Positions 1 to 14,800 of a DNA stretch of 64,000 bases are shown here, one piece after another. The notes beneath the pieces were generated by a model. That model ran no database searches. It was not told the DNA's origin and saw only the letters and a list, made by a program, of their open reading frames with translations. The stretch lies in NCBI GenBank assembly GCA_012295275.1, contig CM022670.1, positions 18,352,001 to 18,416,000 of the forward strand, read 5' to 3'. Made by a program: the position numbers and the translations under genes. Each line of letters starts with the position of its first letter. The first letter of the stretch is position 1. Source of the stretch: Chrysomallon squamiferum (lineage: Eukaryota > Animalia > Mollusca).

Positions 1-104
1 TTTTTTTTTTTTTAAGCAATATGTGTTAAATGTAAAACATCCAAGTCAAACTTTTTTTTTGTAATTTATCCTACAAACTGATTAACGGCGACGAATATTA
101 TTCA

Positions 105-330
105 CTGGTTGTTCCGGTCGGAAGGTCGACTGTCCCAGACACAGTCCTCCTCGGTTCTCCTGTTAGGAAGTTACCCATTCTTGCCAGTGTCACACGACTA
201 GTTTATCAGTGACTGTAGTTTGAGCTTTCCTTTGCTGCATACAAAAACGAACACATATAACCGGTCTACTACTGCTAAACGAAAAAAAAAGGTAGCCGTT
301 TACGAAGACTTCCACTCTTTATTATCTGAT
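105..330 (+). mobile_element. Decayed tRNA-derived SINE-like relic
   Basis: gccagtgtcacacgactagtttatca...catataa...ctactgctaaacgaaaa..gtagcc resembles, from recall only, a gastropod MetaSINE-type core. It is weakly similar to 41388-41592. Confidence 0.4.
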
Positions 331-1885
331 TTATAATATTATTTAACTAGATTATAAAGATTTAAATTAATACTTCTTCCTTTTCTTAAATGGCTGATTA
401 AAATAAAATAAAAATTGAAAAGAATCGTTTATTACATCCTTAAAATACTGTGGTTGCATCGAGAACAGATTCTATAAGCTAATGATCTTTAAACGAGTTT
501 TCTATTGGTGAAAAGTATGTCGATTATTAATAAACAAGGTAATTTATAAAATGGTAACTAAATGGTTTTTCCAATAAAGACACTCAACCATGTTGTCAGT
601 ATAGATTTATTCGTTTTCTGCCCGTATTTGTAATTACATATAATCATATTTAATCTGGCGACAGATGTTCATTTCTCAGAGTTCCGGAGTTTGCCTATGA
701 CGAGTTGATATCGTTACGTTTATGGTAGGGCAAGAGGAAATGGGATGGGGTGGGGTGGTCAAGAGAGAGATTGGCTTATTAAATTAATATCAAGATTATT
801 TAGAACCGATGAAGTGTTTGAAAGTCAGAATAAAATTCACCTTTTGTTTTATATAATAATATCTGAATTATTTTTAAATTTTATTTTCACGCTCATAGCT
901 ATCAGTAAAAAAATAAGTAACGATTAACGTCGAAACGGGGCGAGAAATTAAGGGAGATAAATCTTGAAGACGTAATTTATCACTGAATTTGCTGCACTTG
1001 CCTGAGTTCACCAACTTTTCATTACAGAAATTTAATGGAGGGAGGGAATAAATAAAAAATAAAAATAAAAATAATAATAATAATAAATAAATAAAAAAAC
1101 AGGACATGATAAAAATACCTTTATTTTTCCTTGATTTCATTTTAATACTGTTACATGTATATTCCATTTAGAAAGACACATATAAACTTTGCAATGATTA
1201 AACATTTTAAATATTTGCACATTGTAAATCATAAGACTGTGATGTTATGTTTTATAATTAGCAAAGTCAATATTTAACAATACTTTAAACTGTTGTAAAA
1301 ATCTAAGTTCCTTGAATGGCAGAAATACAGAAAATAATTGCAAACTAAAATTATGTAGGTAAAGTTATTTAGAAATAAATGTAATAATAATATGCTGGAA
1401 ATTTTTGTGGAACAGATTTCACCAATTATTAAATGTAAGAGGATCCCCTTTCTTCTCTTGCATCCTCCATTTCTCATTCACACCTATCACTGAAGTTTTA
1501 TTTCAACAATTAATAATAATTTTAATCCTAAATTTGTTTCTAAACCCTAACTATTATTCCTCAATGTTTTTCAGTTTGTAAGTATTTTTTTCTTTTTCAA
1601 TGCAATTTAAAATACTGTGTTAATATTATATCAATTAACATCTGAAAGCTATATGGAAAACAAATATATTATAAAATATAAATTCTAAATGTTTAACAAA
1701 TATTCTGTCAAAATTTATGAAAATATTATCAAAAATTATATAGTAACAAAATTTCAAGAATTCCAACAAATATTTTTTATATAAAATCAAAATTTGTTAC
1801 TATATTTAAAACAAATTCAGCTATATTTAAATAATATTTTTAATGTTAACTTGGACAAAATTTAAGAAAATATTTTAATGTAAAC

Positions 1886-3677
1886 TTAGGCAAATTGGAC
1901 ATTAAAAGGCATATTTGGCCACATTCGAGGCTTTTTTATGTCAATGTTTCTATCATAAGTCATTTGCAGAGCTGTTTCCATCCCATGAATCATTGCAGCA
2001 CCTTTGCCATACAGTTCCTTCATTTCTGCTATTCGACGTTTACCTGGCTGTTCTTTTGGAGCTTCAACTGTTCTTGGTTTATCCTGATCTTTTACTAAAA
2101 TATATGAAAAAATAAAACATCTAATTATTCTCACTTTTTCTTCTGAATATTATTCTAGATTTATCAAACACCTTTCAGTTAGTTCTAGGCAAGATATTCA
2201 AGCTATGATATCCATGTTACCATTGTTGTTAAGTAAGTTTAATCATAACTATTCCAAAAAAGTATTCCTGTTTAAATTTTTGTGCTACACAACAAGCAAA
2301 CGTGTTAAAAAAAGAAAGCTATTTCGACCAAGGTAGTTTGTTCATATAAACAATTTTTTTTTTGTAAGTAATTATTTGTATCCTGGTCACTGGTGACAGC
2401 CAGTTATGTCTGTGTGTGCCTGCTTATATGTCTTACAGAAAATTGACAACTTTTTACAAACAGATTTACAAACTATTCGTATAGAAAAGTATATATTTAG
2501 ATAGGATAAAGATAGATAGACAGATAGATAGATAGAGGTATAAATGTAGATGCTGTACATCTAAAGATTGAATCTCTAATGTCATTCATTTTATTGTTAA
2601 TCTGTAGGTAAAACAGTTTAAAATTACCAGATAGTTGCTAATTTGAAAAAGACAGCTATAAAAAGTTTATACTTGCCTTCATCAATATTTGTTCTTATTT
2701 TTTCTGGAAACTGTTCACTTTCTAATTTTTTCTGTGCATCTGTAGCAAGACAAAACATCAATATTCTTATAAACATAATTACTGCGATACATAAAAATAA
2801 TCTTAACTAATATTTCACTTCAGCAAACAAAATGTTAAATTTCTAACATCATTATAAATGTAATACTAAAATATTTTTGAAAATCATTAAAAAATATATA
2901 TATTTTTTTTTTCACAATACTATGATAATCAGCAAAAATAAGTTACTGTCCATTAATATAAGCTTTACCTCTTTCTTTTCTATGTTTTTCAGAGTGTGCA
3001 AAAAAGTCAAGCATCTCATCTGTGATTTCAAAGTCCATATTACTTTCATTGTTTTCAGTAACCATTGTCAGAGTTGATGTTTCACTGTCTCTTTTTCTGT
3101 TGTAATTTCTATCCCTACTAGTTTCTGATGCTGTTGGCGAGTCATGCAGCTTTCTTTTATTCGGTTTTTTCCTTTTCCTTTCATGTTTGTTTGATTTCTT
3201 AACAATGATATCATGTGGCTTACCAATATTTAGACTGTTTGAATATGACTGACAATAGTGTCTTGCCCACAGCTCCTGTGGGTTACCACAAGTAGGATAT
3301 CCTTGGTTGATTTGGTTAGGGTTGTATGGGGCAAATGGTTGATCATGTGATAATGGAAATGGATATGGTCCAAATTTTACTTGAAGATTTCTGGTCACTG
3401 TTAAATGTTTCTTGTACCAAGACATTACCTTACTGTACTGCTTCCAGTATCTGTTGAAACTGTGATGCGTGTACCATTGCTCATAGTTGAGATTGGGGAA
3501 ATTTTCACAGAATGTCTTCCATGTGATGCTGCCTTTTATCTCACTCTGACAATTCTTTAACATTTCTTCAGATTGATATGGTTGACTGTGAAACTGAAAC
3601 TTAATTTCTCCTAAACTAGTTGTTTCTGTACTAGTCTCTGATTCAGATTCTAAAATACAGTCATCCAAGGAAGACAT
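1886..3677 (-). CDS. GEMIN8: Gem-associated protein 8 (SMN complex subunit), 3 coding exons, ~326 aa
   Basis: Coding exons 3677-2969, 2739-2677 and 2094-1886 join in frame (709+63+209=981 nt, phase 1/phase 1; the second coding-region intron is GC-AG). Motifs WYTHHSFNRYWKQYSKVMSW, FEITDEMLDFFAHSEKHRKER and TVEAPKEQPGKRRIAEMKELYG...MIHGMETALQMTYDR...KKPRMWPNMPF match the Gemin8 family as recalled. An acceptor AG sits just upstream of the ATG (3684-3683), and a probable 5'UTR exon donor AT|GTAAGT lies at 5548. Confidence 0.93.
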
Positions 3678-3696
3678 ATTATCTGAAAAAGAATTA

Positions 3697-3698
<2 letters not shown>

Positions 3699-3780
<82 letters not shown>
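3699..3780. repeat. (TAA)n microsatellite
   Basis: Perfect trinucleotide run next to the GEMIN8 acceptor. Confidence 0.95.
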
Positions 3781-5132
3781 TGGTAATATTAAATTTTATT
3801 TTTAATGTAAAATCTAAATGGAGGATAATCAGACCCCCCAAAATCAGATTCATTATCAGGAGAAAATACAATTTAAATAGTAAAACCAAACCATTAAAAA
3901 TGAAAGCTTAGTACCTGCAGACATAAAACATTTTTGTTAATACCAGTTATCAATTGAAATGAACCTTATAATTCAGTTTTTAATTTATGATCCTCAACAT
4001 AATAAATCCAAGAATGGTTAATGACATCTCAACACATTTTAATATTAATGTAGATACTGGTGCCCAAAATTTAATGTTGGAACAATAACAACAGCTACCG
4101 TAACATTATGTTTCTATTTTTATTCCAAAAACATTTATGGCTGATAATGTTCTTGAATTTGCCAATAAAAATCTTGATTTTGCATGCTCATATCTTTCTC
4201 AGATTTAAACAGTGGTTCTAAAGTCCAAAACTGAATGGCATTTTGACATTTTTCTTTCAATTTACTTTAAAATCCAATAAAATGCCTAATTAAAATCCAA
4301 TTTATAATTCAAACTGCATTTCATTCAGAATGTAAAGACCTGTGTAAAAATATGTTACAAGACATACTTCAAACCATAAATCGGGGTAGGGTTTGTTGTC
4401 TGGGGGTTGGGTCAAATGATCGAGTTCAGCTCATCTGCATTCACCATCTTATTCTGCAGAGCAATATGCTATATAGAGCTAAGTGTATTGCAATTTGTAT
4501 ATCTTAAGTGAATTATCAATGTCTTCAGGATTATAGATACATCCAACCGTTTGACATTAACATCTTGTAACTTTCAACAGGTGCCAGTTTATAAGATCCT
4601 CACAAAAAAGCTTTTGCTATTCAGTTCCTTCAGTTTGAATTTTTTTTGATTTTATCAGAAGAAAACCTTTATGGAAACATATGCAATTATTTTCCAGAAT
4701 AAACTGAAATAAAGGCCAAAAACAAATTAATGATTAAAATCCACAACACAGCAATCACAAGATAAATATGTTTTAACATCAGGAGATCGAGGAATAAAAA
4801 ATAATAATAATAATAATAATAATAATAATTGTAAGCCTTCTTGGGGAGGAAACAAAACCATGTCCAACACTTTGAAAGATACCCCATACAGGAGTGCATG
4901 AAACGGCATGATTCTTAAATAAACAAATAGTGCACTGGAAATGGGAAATGTTGCTTTTAGAACAAAACTTTATCAGTGTTAAGCTGGGAAAAGACAGCAT
5001 TTTTTTATTGATTCAGACTCTGCTAGCAGCTGCACAGTGTGGATAGTACAGTACCTAATTAATGATTATTTGATGTCGATCATCCCATAATTTCAAGGAA
5101 TCTTAACCTTGATCAATGGAAGTATGACAGTG

Positions 5133-5174
<42 letters not shown>

Positions 5175-5599
5175 CTAATAATTTACTTGTTTTTGTTCAT
5201 TTTAAATTTTAGCTAAAAATAATAAAACTTAACTTCACAATTAAATCTGGACTCATGTGAAATAGTTTAAATACTTAAAATTATTAAAAAGTTATAATCA
5301 AGTTTCAGAAACAGTAAAATAACTAACTAGAAAGTACTATAACTAATTTTAAATATACTTTATATAGGAATAAGAATTAAATTTTGAATACAGAATACTG
5401 AATAGCAATCACATTCGTGATTCCAAGTAAAATAAATAATACTTGAATTTACTTCTTCAGTGTTCTTGATATTTTTGAGTTTTAAAGACTGCAGGTTATC
5501 TGCTGCAAAAACTGAGATACTCTTTGCACACATAAAAATTTCACTTACATATGTCAGGGTACAGTTAGATTATTTTGAACTCCGAGACACAGATACCTT

Positions 5600-5760
5600 T
5601 CTGCAAAGAAACGTAACGTGCTTTTTTGTTTTTTATCTGACAAGCGGAAGTTCTTCTCTGTCGCGCGCAAGATGTTTGATCACGTGAACGCGTCAATCAT
5701 GTAGTCTGATATCTTCTGCTGGGAAACATGGAAGCTGTTGATATAAACACTTTATGCTGT
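5600..5760. promoter_or_regulatory. Bidirectional promoter shared by GEMIN8 (-) and WDR17 (+)
   Basis: Local CpG cluster in otherwise CpG-poor DNA, with ETS motif GCGGAAGT (5644-5651), TCGCGCGCA (5661-5669) and E-box CACGTG (5681-5686). It is flanked by outward-facing GTAAGT donors at 5548 (-) and 5836 (+). Confidence 0.65.
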
Positions 5761-6967
5761 GCTTTGAGGTGACGAAGAGAACAGCGACGTCTAAATTGTA
5801 AGGCTGTAATATAAGCGAAAACTACGATTTAATTTGTAAGTAATGAGTAACGTAATACACTAATCGGTCAATTTCAAAATTAAATTACATTTAGTGATTT
5901 ACATTTTTACAAGGATCCGTATAAAGCAAAAACATTAGACAGATTAGTGACTACACTTCATTCATATCAGTATGCCGCAAGAAGAAATAATGAAATACTA
6001 AATTACAGTGATTTGATAACAGTTGGACGTAATATACCATTCGACTCATTGGCAACTTACTGAGTTACTCCATGCATTAAACTTGTTATAATTACCGGCT
6101 TCATTAAACTAACCGGTTGCAAATATTAACATTAAATTAATTAATTGGATTAATAAATATAAATTTTATTTTTGTTCATCCATAAATTGTTTGAATCTTC
6201 ATAGATAAATGCCTTCAATTTTAACGAAATTTATTAACAGGTGTTTATGTACATTACTTTCAATTACTTTAATCAGTTTACACTTTTACAGTATTTAACA
6301 ACAAAAATAAATGTTATCATCAGTGATCAAGACAACATAATTATGTTACAACTGATGTATCTGAATTAATTAATGAAGTAGGAAAATGCTGTTAATAGGA
6401 GTTTTAAAAGCATTACATAACTTAAAGACATATCAAGTTGACTAATTTAAAATGTCCTATAAGATACCTTACCAAATTAATAATAATATTTTCCTCTCTC
6501 TTTCTCTTAATTATTGTTTTGAAATATTATAATGGTACATAAACTGCTATAATTATTTCAGTATGATTCAAATTTATCTTGGTGTTAATATTATTTAAGT
6601 TATAAACAATATTAGCAACACTTGATTTCAGTATAATAAGGTATTTTAAGTATACATTTAACTAAGATGGTCTTATTATAAATGATCACTATGTAGTATA
6701 TGTGCAGATGTAGTATTACATGATGTGTGGGTATGGATGTGTTTGTGTATATTTTAGCATGTTCAGCCATCTGTGTATACATGAATCAAACTTGGCACAT
6801 ATTATATTCATAATTAGTTAAATATGATAAATGTAAAATATTAAGTGTAATGTTAATACATAACACAGATTTCCCAAAAATTTCTTGTCCTCCTCCTGAG
6901 TTTTAGGTTTTACTTCAGTGCAGTCTAGGAAATTCATATCAGTCATTTTCAAATGTTTTACATAATT

Positions 6968-6968
<1 letters not shown>

Positions 6969-7028
<60 letters not shown>
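6969..7028. repeat. (CA)n microsatellite
   Basis: Directly visible dinucleotide run. Confidence 0.95.
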
Positions 7029-7430
7029 AACATACACATGCATGTGTATCGTGTATTGTTGTATTATACAGTAATATTTAATCTTAATTAATTTTTATCA
7101 CAGAATAATTAATTATATATATGTTCTATCCATTTATTTATTTTGCTTTATTCATTCATTCATTATAATAATTTTATTTATAAGTTTTTTTGTTTTGTCA
7201 TCTAATGAAATAGTTCTTTCAGCCAAAATTGTTTTGATACATATTGCATTAAATATATTATGATGGAAACTGAAAATTGTGAAAAGCATCAGCTTATTGT
7301 TTAATTTGATAATTTGTTATTTATGTAATTATTTTCAGTTTAATAATAGATACATCTGCAAAATAGTTCAAACAGTATGTAATAGAAATACATTGGTAAT
7401 CATTTTAGCTTGTAATTCTTTAATCCCTTT

Positions 7431-7465
<35 letters not shown>

Positions 7466-8887
7466 TATATTTTGTTCTCTGAACAATGTTTTTCTTTCTA
7501 ATTGTTGATTACTCTTTTTTGCTTTATGTTTAATGATAGTTTCACTGTATCTGTAATTGGGAAAAAATATGTTTTTTAAATACAGATCGTTATATTCAAA
7601 TATTGTACATGACATTGTAACTGATTGTACAATACCAGTAAACACTTTTCTTGCAGCAGTTACTTCATAATACAGATATTAATATCCACAAGTCATAAGA
7701 CTATGTTTAAGTGTGGTTGTAATTCTGATGTCCATGTCTGTTCAATAATGATTATGTTCTAAATAACATTTATTGTGATTCATAAACGTTGAATAAAACT
7801 CTTTAAAGTGCACAGGGATATCTGGCTTTGTTGAAAAAGGTAAGTAATTATTGCACAAAATGCCACTGAATAAGCAGTATCTGGTTTGCAGTGTTACATT
7901 TTGAGTTCTTAAAAACATTTTTAATAACTTCACAGTGAAGTTCATTAATGCATACACTGGGATTGGCAGTTTAGAGTAAAATGAAGACATTTTTTTTTAT
8001 TAATGGGTGAACATATTCAATTCTAAAGGCAACAAAAAAATAAAGCAATATGCACATATATATTTGAACCTTACAGTTTTATTGAACTAATAATAAATAA
8101 CTAAAAATAAAGTTTTATCAACAGGAGAGCTTCATTATGACATTAGTGTTAAATTATAAAATAGGTAATAACAGGTGATGAAGATGTTGTAATAAACCTG
8201 GTAGATCTGAACTTGTTTGTACATAACTGTGTACTCATTAAAATGTTTAGTTCAATCAAAACTGTAAAGAAAAATTTATCTTCACTTAATCCCCACCATT
8301 TCCTCTTCTTAATACTAATAAATTTTCTCATTTCATTTCACCTGTGTTCAGAGCACTGCTTGCCACAGTTTGAATAACCAAATCCATCAGGTTGTGTGTT
8401 GTTTATTGATTGAACAAAATGTACTAACATGCTGAAAAAATACCAGCATGATTTCTAAACTGATGAAAAGGTAAGTATTTATTCACTTAAATAAAATAAT
8501 TTTGCTAATACAGCCAGGGTTAATATAGGGATGGTTGTATTGTATTATTTTTTTATTCATTGAAAATGATTTTAGGAAATCAGTATGGTCAGCCAAAGAA
8601 TGTTTGTTGTATTTATATTTTATTAGACAATGGAACATTTAATGACTGATGATATATCTCTGTATATGAATATTTTTTTTTCTTCTTTTTTTTTTTTTTG
8701 TATTACTTCACTTTTTGTTTATTTGTATAAGTATTGTTGTACTTCTTTTTCTTTTCTTTTTTAATTACCTTAATATTTAATAACATTTACTGATAATCAA
8801 ATATATCATTCCTTTATCATTTTTAGAAGCCAGACTGATTCATTGTTGTTAGCACTGTAGTTTTAATTCACATTGCAATTGACAACA

Positions 8888-11800
8888 ATGGTGAAGCAGG
8901 TTGGATTGCTTTCAGCAGGCTGTCAGCCTTGGAACCATGATGTGTGTGCTGCCAGCAAAGATCGATTTGCTTACTGTTCCACATTAGCTATATATATTTA
9001 TCAGGTTAATAATTATTTATCCTTAAATTACACAACTAGAATGCATTAGAGACTTTCTTTACCCTTTCTTTTTCTTAATTATTTATTATGGAATTTTTCA
9101 ATTTAAGCATGAATTATGACAATGAATTAAAATGTTCTTTTGAATTAAAATTAACTGTGCAGCATATAGATATAAATTCATCATTATTATAAATTAAATT
9201 CATTATTTCATAGAATATATAACAACAATAATGTTTCTAAAAAAAAAAATAACATATCTGTTTTACAAATTGGTTTTTAACGTTTATTTTCAGTTTGATA
9301 GAAAATACAATGAATTCAAGCTTCAGTCCATCATGTCTGAGCACAAAAAGATGATCACAGCTATTAGCTGGAACCCCAACAATCCACATTTATTTGTGAG
9401 TGCTAGTTCTGGAAATGAACTGATTGTTTGGAATGTGGTTAAACAGAAACCAGTTATGAAATTACAAAACATGAAAGACATGCCTGTGTCTGTCGGCTGG
9501 TGCATACCTGAAACAGATGTTGTTTGTTTTGTGCTGTCTCGAGGACCAATGTATATGTGGGACTTTTCTAATGGTGATAAAGGATTGAGCATTGTGAAAG
9601 AAGCACAGTCATTTTCTTCAGATGTTTGCCAGTTTAGATGCCATTCTAAGCATCATGGAAAAATTGTATTTGGACATTCTGATGGCAGTATTTCTATTTG
9701 TATTCTAGGTAAGGTTGTTTAGGCGATTTTCTGTAATTTGCTATTATTTTAGAAAAATGATTTACATATTTTTCATTTTTGTATTGATATGAAATTAAAT
9801 TTTTACTACCAAAAAAAAAAAAAAAAATTGTCATTTGTTTTTAATAACCAAGTTACAACATAAATAAAAGTATAAGTGAGGTTTAAATAGTCAATTCCAC
9901 GTGGAAATCTATAAATAAAATAAAATTCTTATACTGTATAGGATGAATAGAAAGAAGTATAATTACTGAATGTATATCTGGAATAAAATATAGTGTAAAT
10001 ACAGTGTATTTAATGTAAAATAAGTTTAGAAAATATTTCTTTTTGTTGTCCAACAGAATTATTGTATTTCTTATTTGTAATATTTTCAGGTTCAAAATCT
10101 AAAAAGCATATGTTAAGGCCAGAAAATCTTCAAGATTCTGAAGAGGACGATCCCGTTACCTCACTTGAATGGGATCCTTTATCAGTGGATTATCTGCTTC
10201 TGGCAAATCTTCATTTTGGAGTACGTTTGGTGGATACCTCTACTTTCACTGTGATAACTCGATTTCAATTACCTAGTGCAGCATCGCACATTCAGACTCT
10301 TGCATGGATTAATGGAGCACCAGGAATGTTTCTCACCGGAGGTCAGTTATTATTATTATTATTGTTATTATCTTATGCCATGTAATGTTGTGATGCTTTG
10401 TATTAAATTCTGAATGTTATGTTAAATTTTTTCTTTTTCTTTTTCTTTTTCTTTTATTAATTCTAGATACAAAGAGTGGAATTCTTAGAATATGGAATGT
10501 TTCAAGAACAATGCCTATTGAAAGTATTAAAGTTAAAAAAACAGGCTTTCACACCTTGCAGATTATTGACTGTGTTACAAATCAGAAGTGTAAAGATAAA
10601 GAAAAGTCTGCTGGTTCTGTAAGTCAGTTATCCTCAACCAGTCAAGCTGAACCACCAGTTATGACAACCAAGACCCATTTTGCTCTTCCTCCTGCTCAAG
10701 TAGTTTGTACATTCTCTGACGGGGGAGTTGGACTGTATAATCTTGGAAGAAGAAAATGGGTTTTTCTTCGTGATGAGGTGAAAAGAATTAATGTATTTTG
10801 TCTGTTTATATCAGTCACCTTTTTTTTTGATATTGTGAGAGGGAAAAAAGTAGGCAAACAGAGTGAAATTAGTTCAAGAGTTTATTATAATTAATGCTTT
10901 TAATCATTATTTTTTTATTTTTTGGTTAATCAATAATATAAAAATACAGAATATAAAGTCAAAATGTAGTTTATGGAAATATACTTTTACTTCTAATGTG
11001 GTTTTAATTGTTAAACTTTTCTGTTTCTTTTACTATTTTATGTTTTAAATATCTTTTAAAATAAATCAGGGACATATTGAGACTATTTTTGACTGCAAGT
11101 TTCATCCAGAAAATTCAGAAATGTTGGCAACAGCAAGTTTTGATGGCACAGTAAAAGTGTGGGATATCACTTCACTAAATGGTGTAAGCTGTATTTTTTT
11201 TTTTTTTTTTTTTTTTTTCTGTTTTTTTTTTTTTTCTAGAAAATGTCATTTGCAACCTTTTCTCAATATTTAATAAATTTTATGTTCAATTTAAATTATA
11301 ATATAGCTTCTAAATTATATTACTACATTTACTGAATATGAGTATGGGATGTCAGTTACTTGTTCTATATAAATTATAATAATAATAATTAAAAATTTGA
11401 AAGGAAATCTGCTGGTTCAGTTCCGTAATATTATTACTGATTGGTAGCAAGGAATCTTTGTGTAAACTAGCAAGCACCGATTTAATTAACCTAGAATATT
11501 TTATGCCATGTTTAGTATATTATTAGTAATATAGTGTTACATTCCAATTATCATATAAGATACCATTATTAAGTGTAACAGTGCATTATTATATATATTA
11601 CATATCATTTCTTCTAGATGTATACGTCTCCAGGAAATGAAGGTATCATCTATCACATATCATGGGCTCCTGCAGACCTCAACTGCATTGTAGCTGGCAC
11701 TTCTAAAAATGGTGCCTTTATCTGGGATATTAATCGTGGCAAAATCATTAAGAGGTTCACTGAGGTGATTTAGAATTTAATAAAATGTTGTAATTAAGGA

Positions 11801-14800
11801 AATAGGATGCAGAAGAACTTTCATTATCATGAAAAAAGAAAATACATGCATCTTCTTTAATCATGTAAATTACATCAAATGATTTCTATTATATACAGTC
11901 TAAGAATTATTTGTTTTCCCTACTATTTTAAATTATGTATGTTACTAAATATAATTCAGACTCTTGCATGATAAAATTCACAACCACTTATGAAATTCTT
12001 TTTTTTCTTTTTTGCTCTTACTTGTCAGTTTTTTTTTACACATTATTTACTATATTTATTCAAGAATATTATAGTCTTGATGGGAGTTGCAAAAATAAAT
12101 CATTTAATAGACATTTATATCATCATGATTAATTTTGTATCTGAGTTTTATTAATACCTTGATACTGACTGTCATTTGAATAATACTTATTGCTTTGAGA
12201 TTCACCCAGATAAGACATCACTAGAATAGAAACTGGTTGACCTAATTTGCAGATTATCTTTTTAATTAGTTAAAAGTTTTGTAATATTACTAAGAAAGTA
12301 ATAAAATGTTGATATATTAAAGAAACTAGATTTACTTTCAGAATATTTTGCTTGTTTTTTTTCAGCATGGCAGGAACTGCGTATATTGTGTATCATGGAA
12401 TCAGAAAGATTCCAAGCTGATTATGACATCTGGAGGAGATGGTTACTGGTAAGTTATTTAACCAAGCATTTAAATGAATTTGCTAAGGATCCTGATTATA
12501 ATTATTGAATAACCACTATCAGCATTATAATTTCCAGTTTTGTATTATAACTGTTATGTTATGTTCCATCATATAGTATAAATATATATTACAGTTATCA
12601 CATCTTACTGTTTTATATTAAATTAAAAAATATATATATTAAAAAAAATATTAATAAATAAAAACAATCCTTAAAAAAAAGGGTATTGTCAAAGATTTTT
12701 TCACTAAATAAAATGTAAAATAATTTTATCTGCAGTATAATTCAGCAAGTAAATGGGTCAATCGTACACAAATATAAACATCCTGGGCCTGTATATGGCT
12801 GTGACTGGAATTCACATAACAAGTGAGTTAAAGAATTCAAATTTTAATAATTTATTTGTGATGGTTGTTTTAAATCTCATATTAGACTAAATTAATTTTG
12901 CTACTATGTTAAAAAAAAAAAAAAAAAAAAAAAAATTATATCAGATTTGATAACAACTAAACCATTAAATTTAAACAAATATTTTGAGTGATAACAAATG
13001 TATAATATAATAATTTAAACAAATGCTCACAGAATATATCTTTCTAAAATATAATCTTGTCTGATTACAAAATATATTAAACAGGTAAGATATAAAAAAA
13101 TGAAGGCATTATTTGTTTTATTTTGCTTAATGAAGAACTAAATAAAAGGAAAATTAATTATTACTGAATATTTAGTGTGATTAAATGGATTTCAGAGACA
13201 TGTTGGCTACAGGATGTGAAGATAAGTGTGTCAGAGTTTTCTACCTGACAGCAAGTTCACTCCAGCCAATCAAAGTTTTCTCAGGTAAGATATGTTAGTA
13301 TTCTAGTTTTATATGAAATGAAAGTAATTTTCCTTGATATTATATTTATTGGTAGTGTCACAGACCAATAAAGTTTACTTTTCTCTGCCTAACAACATTA
13401 TTATATATTATTATTTGTTATTTTCTTAATTTTTTATAAATATTTTTTATCATATTTAAGGAATATAGATTTTGTGTTCTTCCACAATTTCATTGCTAAT
13501 GTTTTCTTTGTTTTTCACAATCAAATTGTTTCTGAATAATATATAAATTACAGTTTTAATTTTCAAGGTCACACTGCAAAAGTATTCCATGTCAGATGGT
13601 CACCTCTTAGGGAAGGAATTCTCTGCAGTGGTTCTGATGATGGGTAAGTTGAGTGTGATCGACTTTAAATCTGTTTTTAATACATAATCACTTTTGGAAA
13701 TTTAGTTATTCATTTAATTGCTTATTTATATTTTTCTTTTGTCTGTTTCTTATGAAATGATATTTTATTGTCACTGTTTTTCAAGGAGCATTCGGGTATG
13801 GGAATACACACAAGAATGTTGTATTATTGTGCTCAGTGGCCACACAGGACCAGTACGAGGTCTTACATGGAACACAGAAATCCCTTACATGCTTGTTAGT
13901 GGCAGCTGGGATTATACTATTTGTGTATGGGACACACGTGATGGAGCATGTATTGATACTGTCATGGACCATGGTGCAGATGTGTATGGTAAAGATCTTC
14001 TTTTTTTTCATTATAATTGCTTTCCAATTGCACAGCATTCATAATGAAATAGAAGTAATTCAACTGTCAGATTTTAACAACAACAAAAATCATACACAAA
14101 TTTTAATTTTTTAATTAATATTTTAAATGAATTAATTTAACAGTAATAATAATATTTATTATTTATTTAGGTTTGACATGTCACCCCAAAAGGCCGTTTC
14201 TTCTGGCCTCTTCATCCCGAGATTCAACAGTTAGATTATGGTCTCTGACACCTTTAATTCAACCAATTGAATTAAATATATTGGCAAAGAAACAATGGTC
14301 AGATATATTTGGAACAACAGGTATTGGAATTCTGGTGTTTTCACTTACATTTAATGTAATATTTTTTATCTTTCTAATAATGAAAATAAATGTTTAAGGC
14401 TTTCTTTTATGTTTTTTTCTTATCATTGTGTGTAATTCTCTGGGAACAATATTGGTTTTTAATTAATATTTTAATACCATTTTTTCCACATAGAGAGTGC
14501 AATGTCTCTTGGAACACCTCCACTGCTTACAGGCAAATACTCCAGAGAGCTGAAACAAAAGTTAGAAAATATGGGTGGAGATGTGTTTTCTCACACACTT
14601 CAACTTTTCTCAGAGTTTTTTACGGTAACCATTATAGTTTAATCCAAAATTCCAGATCTGCTTCTCTTTTGACTAGATTCTCTGTCAATCACATGTTGAT
14701 CATAACAAATCCATGAATATTTCAGATTTTATTAACACCTTAAGTTTGACTGTTTACATTTTTTATATGACTTTTGTTTTTTCTTTTCAAAAATTATACC

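Noticed and set aside
3698-3889. Short ORFs with poly-Y/L/I/VC/HT runs here and throughout the track
   Set aside because: They are translations of microsatellites and AT-rich introns.
5714-5727. Possible X-box in the WDR17 promoter (ttctgctgggaaac)
   Set aside because: Only the right half-site resembles the consensus.
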